Of a DNA stretch of 64,000 bases, positions 55,788-63,432 are shown piece after piece (positions within the stretch are counted from its first letter, which is position 1; the number at the start of each line of letters is the position of its first letter). The notes under the pieces are model-generated. The model was given only the letters and a program-made list of their open reading frames with translations, made no database searches and had not been told where the DNA came from. The translations under genes and the position numbers were made by a program. Source of the stretch: Nitrospirota bacterium (lineage in GTDB: Bacteria; Nitrospirota; Thermodesulfovibrionia; Thermodesulfovibrionales; SM23-35); NCBI GenBank assembly GCA_963826355.1, contig CAWGWX010000015.1:1400-65399 (forward strand), given 5' to 3'.

Positions 55788-56500
55788 CTTAATATTATCC
55801 GAGCTTGGGAAAAATCCTTGTGGCGAGCATTTTATAGGATTCTTTAACTAAATGATCTGTCGGAGCAGGTATAGGCTCCATCCCCAATTTCTTAAACAAT
55901 GCCATAGACCGCGGCATGTGGGAAGCTGAAGTCACCAGAATAAATTTTTCTTCTCCTATCATATCTTTAATAATTTTCGCTTCCTCATATGTATTCTTAG
56001 AACTGGCCTCCAGTATGATGTCTTCTTTTTTTACCCCAAGTAACAGCGCCATTTTCTGCATTAGTTCCGCATTTGTTGTCGGTTCATACTTGCTACTACC
56101 TCCAGAAAGAATCAGCTTTGAACCTGGAATTTGTCTATACAAACGTATCCCTTCAATCAACCTGACTAAAAATGATGGTTGAAACTGGCTCGTAACAGGT
56201 ATAGTCGGATCACAAACCTGACCTCCGCCCAGGACTACTATATACTTTGCGCCTAACTTATTAATGTCTCGCTGATCTAACACGTCAATGGCTGGATAAT
56301 GTCTTTCGAGGGGACGGAGTATTGCTGAGGCAAACGGATAAGTACTAAAGGCCAGCAAAAACAAAAGACCAATTGTAACCAGGCATTTCCCTGCTTTCTG
56401 CCTTTTTGTGAACAACAGAAGAATAAGACCAAGCAGAAATAGTTCGATTGAGATTTCTAAAGGGAATAAAAGATTGGACTAATAATTTGATTATTTCCAT
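55722..56500 (-). CDS. DUF218 (YdcF/ElyC-like) envelope protein, reading frame broken twice (~56460 and the A5/T5 run at 55810-55814)
   Basis: The central ORF 55795-56415 has YIVVLGGG and LVTSASHMPRS. The N-terminus MEIIKLLVQSF.. (ATG 56500) and C-terminus FPSSDNIKMIEAAFYEYFALIKEKLAGRI* lie in other frames. Confidence 0.7.
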
Positions 56501-56502
56501 AA

Positions 56503-56622
56503 CTATAATATCTCCAACAAAATATTTACTATTCTTTCTGCTGCCTTCCCGTCACCATAAGGATTAACTGCTTTTACTTTGAGATATGAAATGTCAATAA
56601 TCAAGTTGGAAATGGTGTTGGT
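56503..56622 (-). pseudogene. C-terminal remnant (~39 codons) of a UDP-N-acetylglucosamine 2-epimerase (WecB-like)
   Basis: The frame after the lhgO stop reads TNTISNLIIDISYLKVKAVNPYGDGKAAERIVNILLEIL*. NPYGDGKA.ERI is the characteristic WecB C-terminus. No upstream body is present. Confidence 0.55.
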
Positions 56623-57823
56623 TCAATTTAAACGAGACTGTATTTCTTTAACAATATATTGTGAAAAAGGTATAGAACAAGTAAATGCAGGAGACACTGC
56701 ATTTAGTATATGCATAGACTTATTGTCACCTTCAATAACAAAGTCCATTTCCAATTTATTTTCTTTAATATCCAATAGTTGTGCGCGTATTCCAGGCTTC
56801 CCCCATCTTTTATAGTGCTCTGTTTTCACCCTAGTAACCAATGCAGAGGCAAGAGATACCAAACGTGCACGTGAGTACTTCTTAATTTCTTCAAATGCCA
56901 GTCTTTTAAAATCAAAATTTGAGTGGAAGAAAAGGCCCAGTTTCTCTTATCAGAATCTCTACCATCTCGGTAAATTTAAAATTATCGAAAGCATGATAGT
57001 GTTCCCTCCAGAATGCAGGTATAGCAGTTGGGCCTATCTTGATACTCCCGTCTACTGTTATAGTGAAATGGACTCCCAGAAACGGATTTTTTAAATCCGG
57101 AACCGGGTAGATATTTGTTCGAATTTCACCTGGTGGTTCATCTGAATATAAATAGAGACCCTTAAAAGGAAGAATCCTATACCTCTCTGAAAAACCAAAT
57201 TCTAAGGCAATCTTATCCGCATAAAGACCTGCAGCATTAACTAAGTATCCTGCCTGATAAATATCCTCTGAAGTTAAAATGCATTCTGATTTCTTCTTTA
57301 TGAAACAAACACCGGAATGTACTTCCACACCTTCATTTAAAGCATCAGACTTCATAGCCTGCATAACTTTATAAGGATCCACTGTAGATGTTGTAGGTGA
57401 AAAAATGGCTCGCTCACATGTTTTTACTCGTGGTTCTATTCTCCTGGCTTCCTTCTCTGTAATATCTTCCAATTCGACACTGTTTTTTTTACCCCTTTCA
57501 AGCAGTTCATCAAGAAATATATGATCCTTTAAATTTTTTGCTACTACTATTTTTCCGCATTTATTTATTAAAATCTTTTTAGACATACAATATTCTGTCA
57601 ACATCTTGTTCCCAAGTCGCGTAAATTTAGCTTTTAAACTGTCGGGTGAATAATAAAAGCCTGCATGCAGGACTCCGCTATTACGGCCGCTTGCATGCAA
57701 GCCACATTCATTTTCTTTCTCTATAAGGATGATTTTCGAATCGGGAAATATTTTTTTCAATTCTCTTGCTATATTGATTCCTATTATTCCACCACCAACA
57801 ACGAGAAAGTCCGAAGTTATCAA
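56623..57823 (-). CDS. lhgO: L-2-hydroxyglutarate oxidase-like FAD-dependent oxidoreductase, frame broken by one extra T (A4 run at 56914-56917 on the + strand)
   Basis: ORFs 56912-57823 and 56623-56862 are colinear with E. coli LhgO as I recall it (VVGGGIIG, GRNSGVLHAGFYY, PFLGVHFT, GIRAQ, NAVSPAFT). Joined reading: ...PLKFDFKRLAFEEIKKY... Confidence 0.8.
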
Positions 57824-57903
57824 TCTATCACGCTCTCTCTTTTAAATTCGAAGTTACAATCGCCAATTTCGTCTCTGCTATCCATTTCCTTTAAAATGTT
57901 GAC

Positions 57904-58022
57904 GGGGTTTCTTGGGTTTCTTGAGTTTCTTGAGTTTCTTTAGTTTCTTTAGTTCACTATCGAGTTTGGATACTTTTTCAGCTTGGTTGTAGATTTGAGC
58001 TAATGCAAATTCGCAAACAAGA
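57904..58022. repeat. 9-bp tandem array (6 units) plus conserved ~70-bp module A
   Basis: ggggtttct tgggtttct tgagtttct tgagtttct ttagtttct ttagttcac, then tatcgagtttggatactttttcagcttggttgtagatttgagctaatgcaaattcgcaaaca. Paralogue at 60305-60427. Confidence 0.85.
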
Positions 58023-58041
58023 CACAATTCAGAACCTGATC

Positions 58042-59343
58042 CTATTTATCAGTTAAAAGCCACTTCCATAAAGGAATTATGTAAATTTTGTTTTTATCAA
58101 ACATCTCTTCTCCTTCATCATCTTCGGTTAGAATCGTTAAATTCTTTGCTTTTAATTCTTCATGTGCAGCAAGTAATCCTTCTATTTCTCTTTGCTTTGT
58201 TCTTTTATCCGACAGACTGGTACAAATCTGGATCGCTTTTTCTATCTTCAATCCCCTTTTTATCAAGAAATCAACTTCCTGCCTTTTCCTTGACTTCCAG
58301 TAAAATATCTGATTGCCTCTCCTCATCAATTCAACGAAAACCATGTTTTCATAGAGACGGCCTAAATCCTGTGAAAATTTAAAAGCAACTGATCTGCTGA
58401 GAGCAGGGTCAATGGAATAAACCTTTGAAGGATTGTAAATCTGTCTTTTTATAGAATAATCAAAGAGAGTCAACCGAAAGAATATGTAAACGTCTTCAAG
58501 AATCTCTAAATAATTTTTTACAGTATTAAGACTCTTTACCTGTATCATTTCTTTCAGATTTTTATAACTCTGAATTGTGCCGGTATTGGAGGCTAAAAAT
58601 AAGGCCAATTCGCGTATCTCTCTCACATTTCTAATCCTGTACCGGGCAACAATGTCTCTATACAGGATGTCTTTGAAATATTGTTCAAGAAGTGTCACAT
58701 CCCTGTTTTTTAAAACCTCTGGGAATCCACCCAACTCTCTGTATTCTCTGAACAAATTCTTTATCTTTACTTTCCCTTCACGGATATACAGGTCTTTTTC
58801 ATCAAAGGAGTAATTTCTTAGGCTTAAAAATTCATTGAATGAGAAAGGATATGTATGAACCTGTCTGTTTCTCCCTGTCAAGGCTGAAGCTATTTCTGGA
58901 CTCAGAAGGGTAGCATTTGATCCGGTAACAAATATTTTTACATCCTCAAATTCATACATTCTGTTAACCCATCGTTCCCACCCTTTGATATTCTGAATCT
59001 CGTCGAGGAAAAAATATTTTTTCCCACGGGGTTGATAAATTTCGATAAAGGTTTCATAGAGGGGTTCAAAATCACGATGAGTGAATTCAATAAATCGCTC
59101 GTCTTCAAAATTCAGAAACAAAATATTATCTTGAGAGACATGATATATCTGCTGGAAATCATCAGAGATCAACTTCATCAGGGAGGACTTCCCTGATCGC
59201 CTCACTCCACTTATGATAACGATTTCCCTCTGTTTTACATATGATTCAATATGTTTCTGAATTCCGCGTCTTACGAGTTGAGCTGGTTTGAGAAATCGCT
59301 CTTTATGTTCGACTATAAGTTGCTTAAGCTTGTTTTTCTCCAT
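58042..59343 (-). CDS. AAA-family ATPase with DUF4143-type C-terminal domain (COG1373-like)
   Basis: 433 aa. Walker A GVRRSGKSS, Walker B YFFLDEIQ, and a C-terminal EVDFLI nuclease-fold-like motif. Confidence 0.8.
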   Translation of the reverse strand: MEKNKLKQLIVEHKERFLKPAQLVRRGIQKHIESYVKQREIVIISGVRRSGKSSLMKLISDDFQQIYHVSQDNILFLNFEDERFIEFTHRDFEPLYETFIEIYQPRGKKYFFLDEIQNIKGWERWVNRMYEFEDVKIFVTGSNATLLSPEIASALTGRNRQVHTYPFSFNEFLSLRNYSFDEKDLYIREGKVKIKNLFREYRELGGFPEVLKNRDVTLLEQYFKDILYRDIVARYRIRNVREIRELALFLASNTGTIQSYKNLKEMIQVKSLNTVKNYLEILEDVYIFFRLTLFDYSIKRQIYNPSKVYSIDPALSRSVAFKFSQDLGRLYENMVFVELMRRGNQIFYWKSRKRQEVDFLIKRGLKIEKAIQICTSLSDKRTKQREIEGLLAAHEELKAKNLTILTEDDEGEEMFDKNKIYIIPLWKWLLTDK

Positions 59344-59360
59344 AAATATATTCCATTGCT

Positions 59361-59389
59361 ATTGTAATATATTATGCTAAATATTTCAA
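59361..59389 (-). promoter_or_regulatory. sigma70-type promoter inside repeat module B (TTGAAA-17-TACAAT), driving the ATPase gene
   Basis: Minus strand: TTGAAA is 59389-59384 and TACAAT is 59366-59361, with ATG at 59343. An identical module at 60428-60483 faces the MNT-HEPN pair. Confidence 0.5.
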
Positions 59390-59452
59390 TAGCATTGCAT
59401 AAATTTCAAAAATAAAGGAGCAATATTATTTTAAGAGAAAAAAACTAAGAGA

Positions 59453-59854
59453 CTACTTGGGAATAATTTTTTGAAGATAAAGCTTGGCCTCTTTGAGAAA
59501 TTCTTTTGCCTCTATAATTGCTGTTTCAGCGGTCTCACTATCCAAATAGGAAAAAACTTCATAATCTCCGCTCTCACGGTCATCCTTCAGGTTTGCAATA
59601 TGTTTCCCCATCTTTTTGCTGAGTTTCCCAGTTTTTACAAAAAGAAGTCCGAAAAGCGTAACAACACCTTTATGACTTTCTGCCTGCTGACCTTCGGTCA
59701 AAAGAAGTGCCTGGGCTGCATGGTAGACAGCATAATAAGCTCTTGAAACTGCATCTTCATAATCACCTGATTTAAGTAGCTTCTCAGCAACTTTCAATTT
59801 TTTTTCAGCTTTCTGTATATACCCATCTAAAAGTGCTTTAGTAGCTTTTAGCAA
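59453..59854 (-). CDS. HEPN-domain protein (toxin partner of the MNT)
   Basis: 133 aa. SRAYYAVYHAAQALLLTEGQQAESHKGVVTLF...DDRESGDY. Confidence 0.85.
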   Translation of the reverse strand: MLKATKALLDGYIQKAEKKLKVAEKLLKSGDYEDAVSRAYYAVYHAAQALLLTEGQQAESHKGVVTLFGLLFVKTGKLSKKMGKHIANLKDDRESGDYEVFSYLDSETAETAIIEAKEFLKEAKLYLQKIIPK

Positions 59855-60161
59855 TCTTTATCCCTTCTGTTAAAACATTTCTCATAAATGGTGTGGGAAT
59901 TGATTTCAATCGATTAAACTCCGAAACAGTAAATATTTTTAAGGATATTAACCTACCGGTTGAAAGTAAAATATCAATCACAGCATCATAAAGCTTACTG
60001 ATAATCTTCCTGTCCTTTTTTTCAAGAACTATTAAAATGTCATAGTCAGAATCAGGACGCCAGTCATCTCTGCATCTGGACCCAAATTGATACATTTCTA
60101 TGATTTTTTTATTCAAGGGAGAAATCATATCCAAAAAAGTTATTACTATCTCATCCTTCAT
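59838..60161 (-). CDS. minimal nucleotidyltransferase (MNT) antitoxin
   Basis: 107 aa. MYQFGSRCRDDWRPDSDYDILIV. Overlaps the HEPN start. Confidence 0.85.
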   Translation of the reverse strand: MKDEIVITFLDMISPLNKKIIEMYQFGSRCRDDWRPDSDYDILIVLEKKDRKIISKLYDAVIDILLSTGRLISLKIFTVSEFNRLKSIPTPFMRNVLTEGIKIAKSY

Positions 60162-60304
60162 TGCGACATTTCAATATACATGGTTTGAATAGTATAGCCA
60201 TTAATTACAAACAATTATAGCACATAGACCTCAATCCAATTATTTTTACGAAGTGAGTTTTCTTACTTTAGACTGGTTAAACTCCAGACCCAAGGGTCTC
60301 TTTA

Positions 60305-60483
60305 GGGGTTTCTTGGGTTTCTTTAGTTTCTTTAGTTTCTTTAGTTTCTTGGGTTTCTTTAGTTCACTATCGAGGTTGGATTACTTTTCCAGCTGGTTGT
60401 AGATTTGAGCAAATACAAATTCAGAAACATATATTTCATTGCTATTGTAATATATTATGCTAAATATTTCAATAGCATTGCAT
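60305..60483. repeat. 9-bp tandem array (7 units) + module A + module B, contiguous
   Basis: ggggtttct tgggtttct ttagtttct ttagtttct ttagtttct tgggtttct ttagttcac. Module A is 60361-60427 and module B is 60428-60483 (matches 59349-59400). Confidence 0.85.
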
Positions 60484-60489
60484 TCGACT

Positions 60490-60822
60490 TTATAATTTGT
60501 ACACTGATAATACAGCCGCCTTCTCTGCAGAGATTGCCACGGTCGAAACGACCTCGCAATGACAGACACAATCGATACTTGCAATGGTTATCGCTGGATT
60601 TGGGTTTTTAATTTCTTTCAATTGCGCAACTGTATATGTCTTTGTGCATTTTTTATAAAACGCTTTTGTTGCATCTGGATAGCGGCCTTCAAAATGAAAC
60701 TCCATGAACTCACGCAATTTACTAATAAGACCATAAGTAAAACCACATCCTTGAATGATTTCTGTCATTGTCCCGAAAGCATTAGGGATCAGCAATCCTT
60801 CTTTCAGAAAGATTCCCGACAA
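60490..60822 (-). pseudogene. probable HEPN-domain fragment bounded by REP hairpins
   Basis: LREFMEFHFEGRYPDATKAFY resembles the HEPN C-terminal RYPD motif. The TTG start lies inside the hairpin gattcccgacaagcgggaatgaca, and the C-terminus reads through gtcattgcgaggtcgtttcgaccgtggcaatc. Confidence 0.35.
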
Positions 60823-60929
60823 GCGGGAATGACATACAACGTGACCTTACTTATGAACTTATTAGTAACTATTTGATGGAAATATGAAGTTGGGATTGAC
60901 TGAGGGTAGGGATAAGGATGGGGAGACTT

Positions 60930-62636
60930 TTAGACTTCTACTTGTTCTGAGTATGGTTTGAGAAGCGCATTTAATGTATCTTTTACATCAGAGTTGTCTC
61001 TTAAAAGCTCTGGATTGCTCAAGAACTCTAATATATTTTGATTAACACTTCTCTTTGCAATCGCCCTGTTGATTTTTGGATGGTATGTCTTTTCTATGAC
61101 CTCATCGCTATTAAATAGTACCTCATGTAATTTTTCCCCGGGTCTCAGCCCAATAAAGGCGATTTCTATATCATCCCCGGGTCTGTGGCCATAAAGACCT
61201 ATCATCCTTTTTGCTAAGTCCAGAATCTTTACAGGTTTTCCCATATCAAGGACAAAAACTTCTTTACCGTTACCCATAGCTGTTGCCTGAAGAACAAGGC
61301 TCACTGCCTCAGAAATTGTCATAAAGTAGCGGGTTATCTCAGGATGAGTTACTGTAACAGGGCCACCCTTCTTAATCTGTTCCCTGAAGAGCGGGACAAT
61401 GCTACCGCTACTTTCTAAGACATTGCCAAATCTTACAATAATGTATTTGGTTTTCTCATAAGTATCTTCTGATAAATATCGGATTATCTCTTCAGCTATC
61501 TTTTTTGTCATACCCATAACATTTACTGGATTTACAGCCTTATCCGTTGAGATAAGGGCAAATCGTTCTACACTAAACTCCCTTGCTTTTTCTGCAACTA
61601 TTCTTGTGCCTATCACATTTGCCCTGAATGCCTCATAGGGATTATTCTCCATCAGGGGGACATGTTTGTATGCTGCTGCATGGAGCACAATCTCTGGATG
61701 AAATCTATTCATCACCTCATCAATCCTTCTTTCATCAAGAACATCACCTATTGTAGAAAAGAGCTTGGTGGAGTTTGAGCTTTTGAGAAGTTGAGAAGTC
61801 AATAATGAGCGAAGTTCCATATCAACCTTATAAAGGCTCTCTTCATGTCTTTCAAACAGGATTAGGCATGCAGGGTTAAAAAAGGCCATCTGTCTTGAAA
61901 GTTCTGATCCTATAGAACCTCCAGCCCCTGTTATCATCACCCGTTTATTTTCAAAGAAACCCTTTAACTCCCGGCATTCATCACATATAGGTGCTCTAAA
62001 TAAAATATCCTCAGGCTCTACAGTTTTTATCTTGCTCCAATCTTCCTTTCCGCTAAGGATGTCCCAGAGGTTCGGAACTATTTTTATTGGTAAGCTAAAC
62101 TGCCTGAGATCCTTCACAATGTTTTCAAGTTTTACACTGGACACTGAAGGGATGGCTATAAGGAATTCCTCAGGCTCTTCTCTTTCTACTATCTTTTTAA
62201 GATCTTTCCTTGTGCCAAGGACCGGGATATTTCTTATCCTGAGACCTTTTTTCCTCGTATCATCGTCTACCAGTCCTATAATCCGATAAGGATAAGAATG
62301 TCTCTGCTCCACGTCTCTGATTAACATCTCTGCTGAATCACCTGCCCCAATAATGACAATCCGTTTTTTGTCGTTCTGCACGACATCTATTTCTTCATGG
62401 AGACGCCTGAATAGTCTTATACCACCCAGGAAGAAGATATTTAAGAGCCAGTCAATCCCGTAGATCGACCTTGGATAAGAAGTCTCTCCAAAGATATACT
62501 TCACACCAAGGAAAAATAATAATGAGCCGAGACTTACTGCAGCGGTAATATTGAGTAGGTCCCTGACACTTGCATACCTCCACAGCCCCCTATCAAGTGA
62601 AAAGCTAAAAAGAAATATAATCCTGAGAGAGGACAA
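60930..62636 (-). CDS. polysaccharide biosynthesis protein, CapD/PglF/WbpM-type NDP-sugar 4,6-dehydratase; the N-terminal TM segment lies in another frame upstream (frameshift ~62625-62633)
   Basis: 568 aa. RVMITGAGGSIGSEL, HAAAYKHVP, STDKAVNP, FGNVLESSGS. GLWRYASV is at the ORF start. The missing N-terminus (YLAFFIRFDGNIPS...) forms the tail of ORF 62605-63396. Confidence 0.88.
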   Translation of the reverse strand: MSSLRIIFLFSFSLDRGLWRYASVRDLLNITAAVSLGSLLFFLGVKYIFGETSYPRSIYGIDWLLNIFFLGGIRLFRRLHEEIDVVQNDKKRIVIIGAGDSAEMLIRDVEQRHSYPYRIIGLVDDDTRKKGLRIRNIPVLGTRKDLKKIVEREEPEEFLIAIPSVSSVKLENIVKDLRQFSLPIKIVPNLWDILSGKEDWSKIKTVEPEDILFRAPICDECRELKGFFENKRVMITGAGGSIGSELSRQMAFFNPACLILFERHEESLYKVDMELRSLLTSQLLKSSNSTKLFSTIGDVLDERRIDEVMNRFHPEIVLHAAAYKHVPLMENNPYEAFRANVIGTRIVAEKAREFSVERFALISTDKAVNPVNVMGMTKKIAEEIIRYLSEDTYEKTKYIIVRFGNVLESSGSIVPLFREQIKKGGPVTVTHPEITRYFMTISEAVSLVLQATAMGNGKEVFVLDMGKPVKILDLAKRMIGLYGHRPGDDIEIAFIGLRPGEKLHEVLFNSDEVIEKTYHPKINRAIAKRSVNQNILEFLSNPELLRDNSDVKDTLNALLKPYSEQVEV

Positions 62637-63396
62637 GCATGGGAAGATAACTTAAGAATAAATCATACTCGAAAGAAGGTATATTTCCATCGAATCTAAT
62701 GAAAAAGGCAAGGTAATTGGAGATTGTAAAGATACATAGTTGTATTCCTACGACTATCGGTCTTCTGTAAGGTATTAGGGTATTAATTATTTTGAGAGTA
62801 ATGTTCTGTGGATATAGCAGTTTGGGAATAGTAAGGAGCATTAGTTTCAGATCATAGATAAGAGATGCCCTTCTAACGTATTCCTTAGCAAGCTTGATTT
62901 TTTCTGGTAAAAGCACATGGATGTAATATTCTTCAGGTTCTTTTTTATCTTTTAAAAGTGATTCTTCATCTTTATAAGTTAATGAAGCGATATCCGTAAT
63001 GCCCGGCCTTATCTTCAGAATCTCCCTATAGTCATTTCTGTATTTGCTCACATATTTTCTTACCTCCGGCCTTGGCCCAACGAGGCTTATATCCCCCTTA
63101 AAGGCATTCCAAAGTTGGGGAAGCTTGTCCATCTTTGTCTTTCGTAAGAACCTTCCGACCCTTGTAACTCGTGGCTCCTCACCAGCAGTAATAGAAAGCC
63201 CCTCCTTAGAACCATTGTGGACCGTTGTTCTGAATTTGTATAGATTAAGAGGCTTAAAGTTCTTGCCTATCCTTTTCTGGGCGAAAAAGACAGGACCGTG
63301 GTTGTCAAGTTTTATAATTATCGCTATCACTACGAATAAAGGTAGGTGCAAAAGCAGACCAATGAGTGAGAAAATTATGTCAAATAAACGTTTCAT
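62605..63396 (-). CDS. phosphoglycosyl (bacterial sugar) transferase, PglC/WbaP-catalytic-domain type; the ORF reads on in frame into the CapD N-terminal region
   Basis: KRLFDIIFSL, GPVFFAQKRIG, YKFRTT, DKLPQLWNAFKGDISLVGPRP. About the first 200 aa are the transferase. The last ~60 aa are CapD-like. Confidence 0.8.
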   Translation of the reverse strand: MKRLFDIIFSLIGLLLHLPLFVVIAIIIKLDNHGPVFFAQKRIGKNFKPLNLYKFRTTVHNGSKEGLSITAGEEPRVTRVGRFLRKTKMDKLPQLWNAFKGDISLVGPRPEVRKYVSKYRNDYREILKIRPGITDIASLTYKDEESLLKDKKEPEEYYIHVLLPEKIKLAKEYVRRASLIYDLKLMLLTIPKLLYPQNITLKIINTLIPYRRPIVVGIQLCIFTISNYLAFFIRFDGNIPSFEYDLFLSYLPMLVLSQDYISF

Positions 63397-63432
63397 TTTC
63401 TTCTCATCTCAGATAAATCCTCCGTTTACTTT

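Noticed and set aside
53347-60367. Whether the 9-bp arrays or the REP hairpin clusters could be a CRISPR array.
   Set aside because: The units are 9 bp with no spacers, or are isolated hairpins at irregular spacing. There are no 25-40-bp repeat/spacer alternations and no cas genes.
60381-60876. Overlapping ORFs 60381-60584 (-), 60405-60611 (+) and 60559-60876 (+).
   Set aside because: They lie in repeat modules A/B and REP hairpins. Only the minus-strand frame with the RYPD-type motif is retained, as a possible HEPN fragment.
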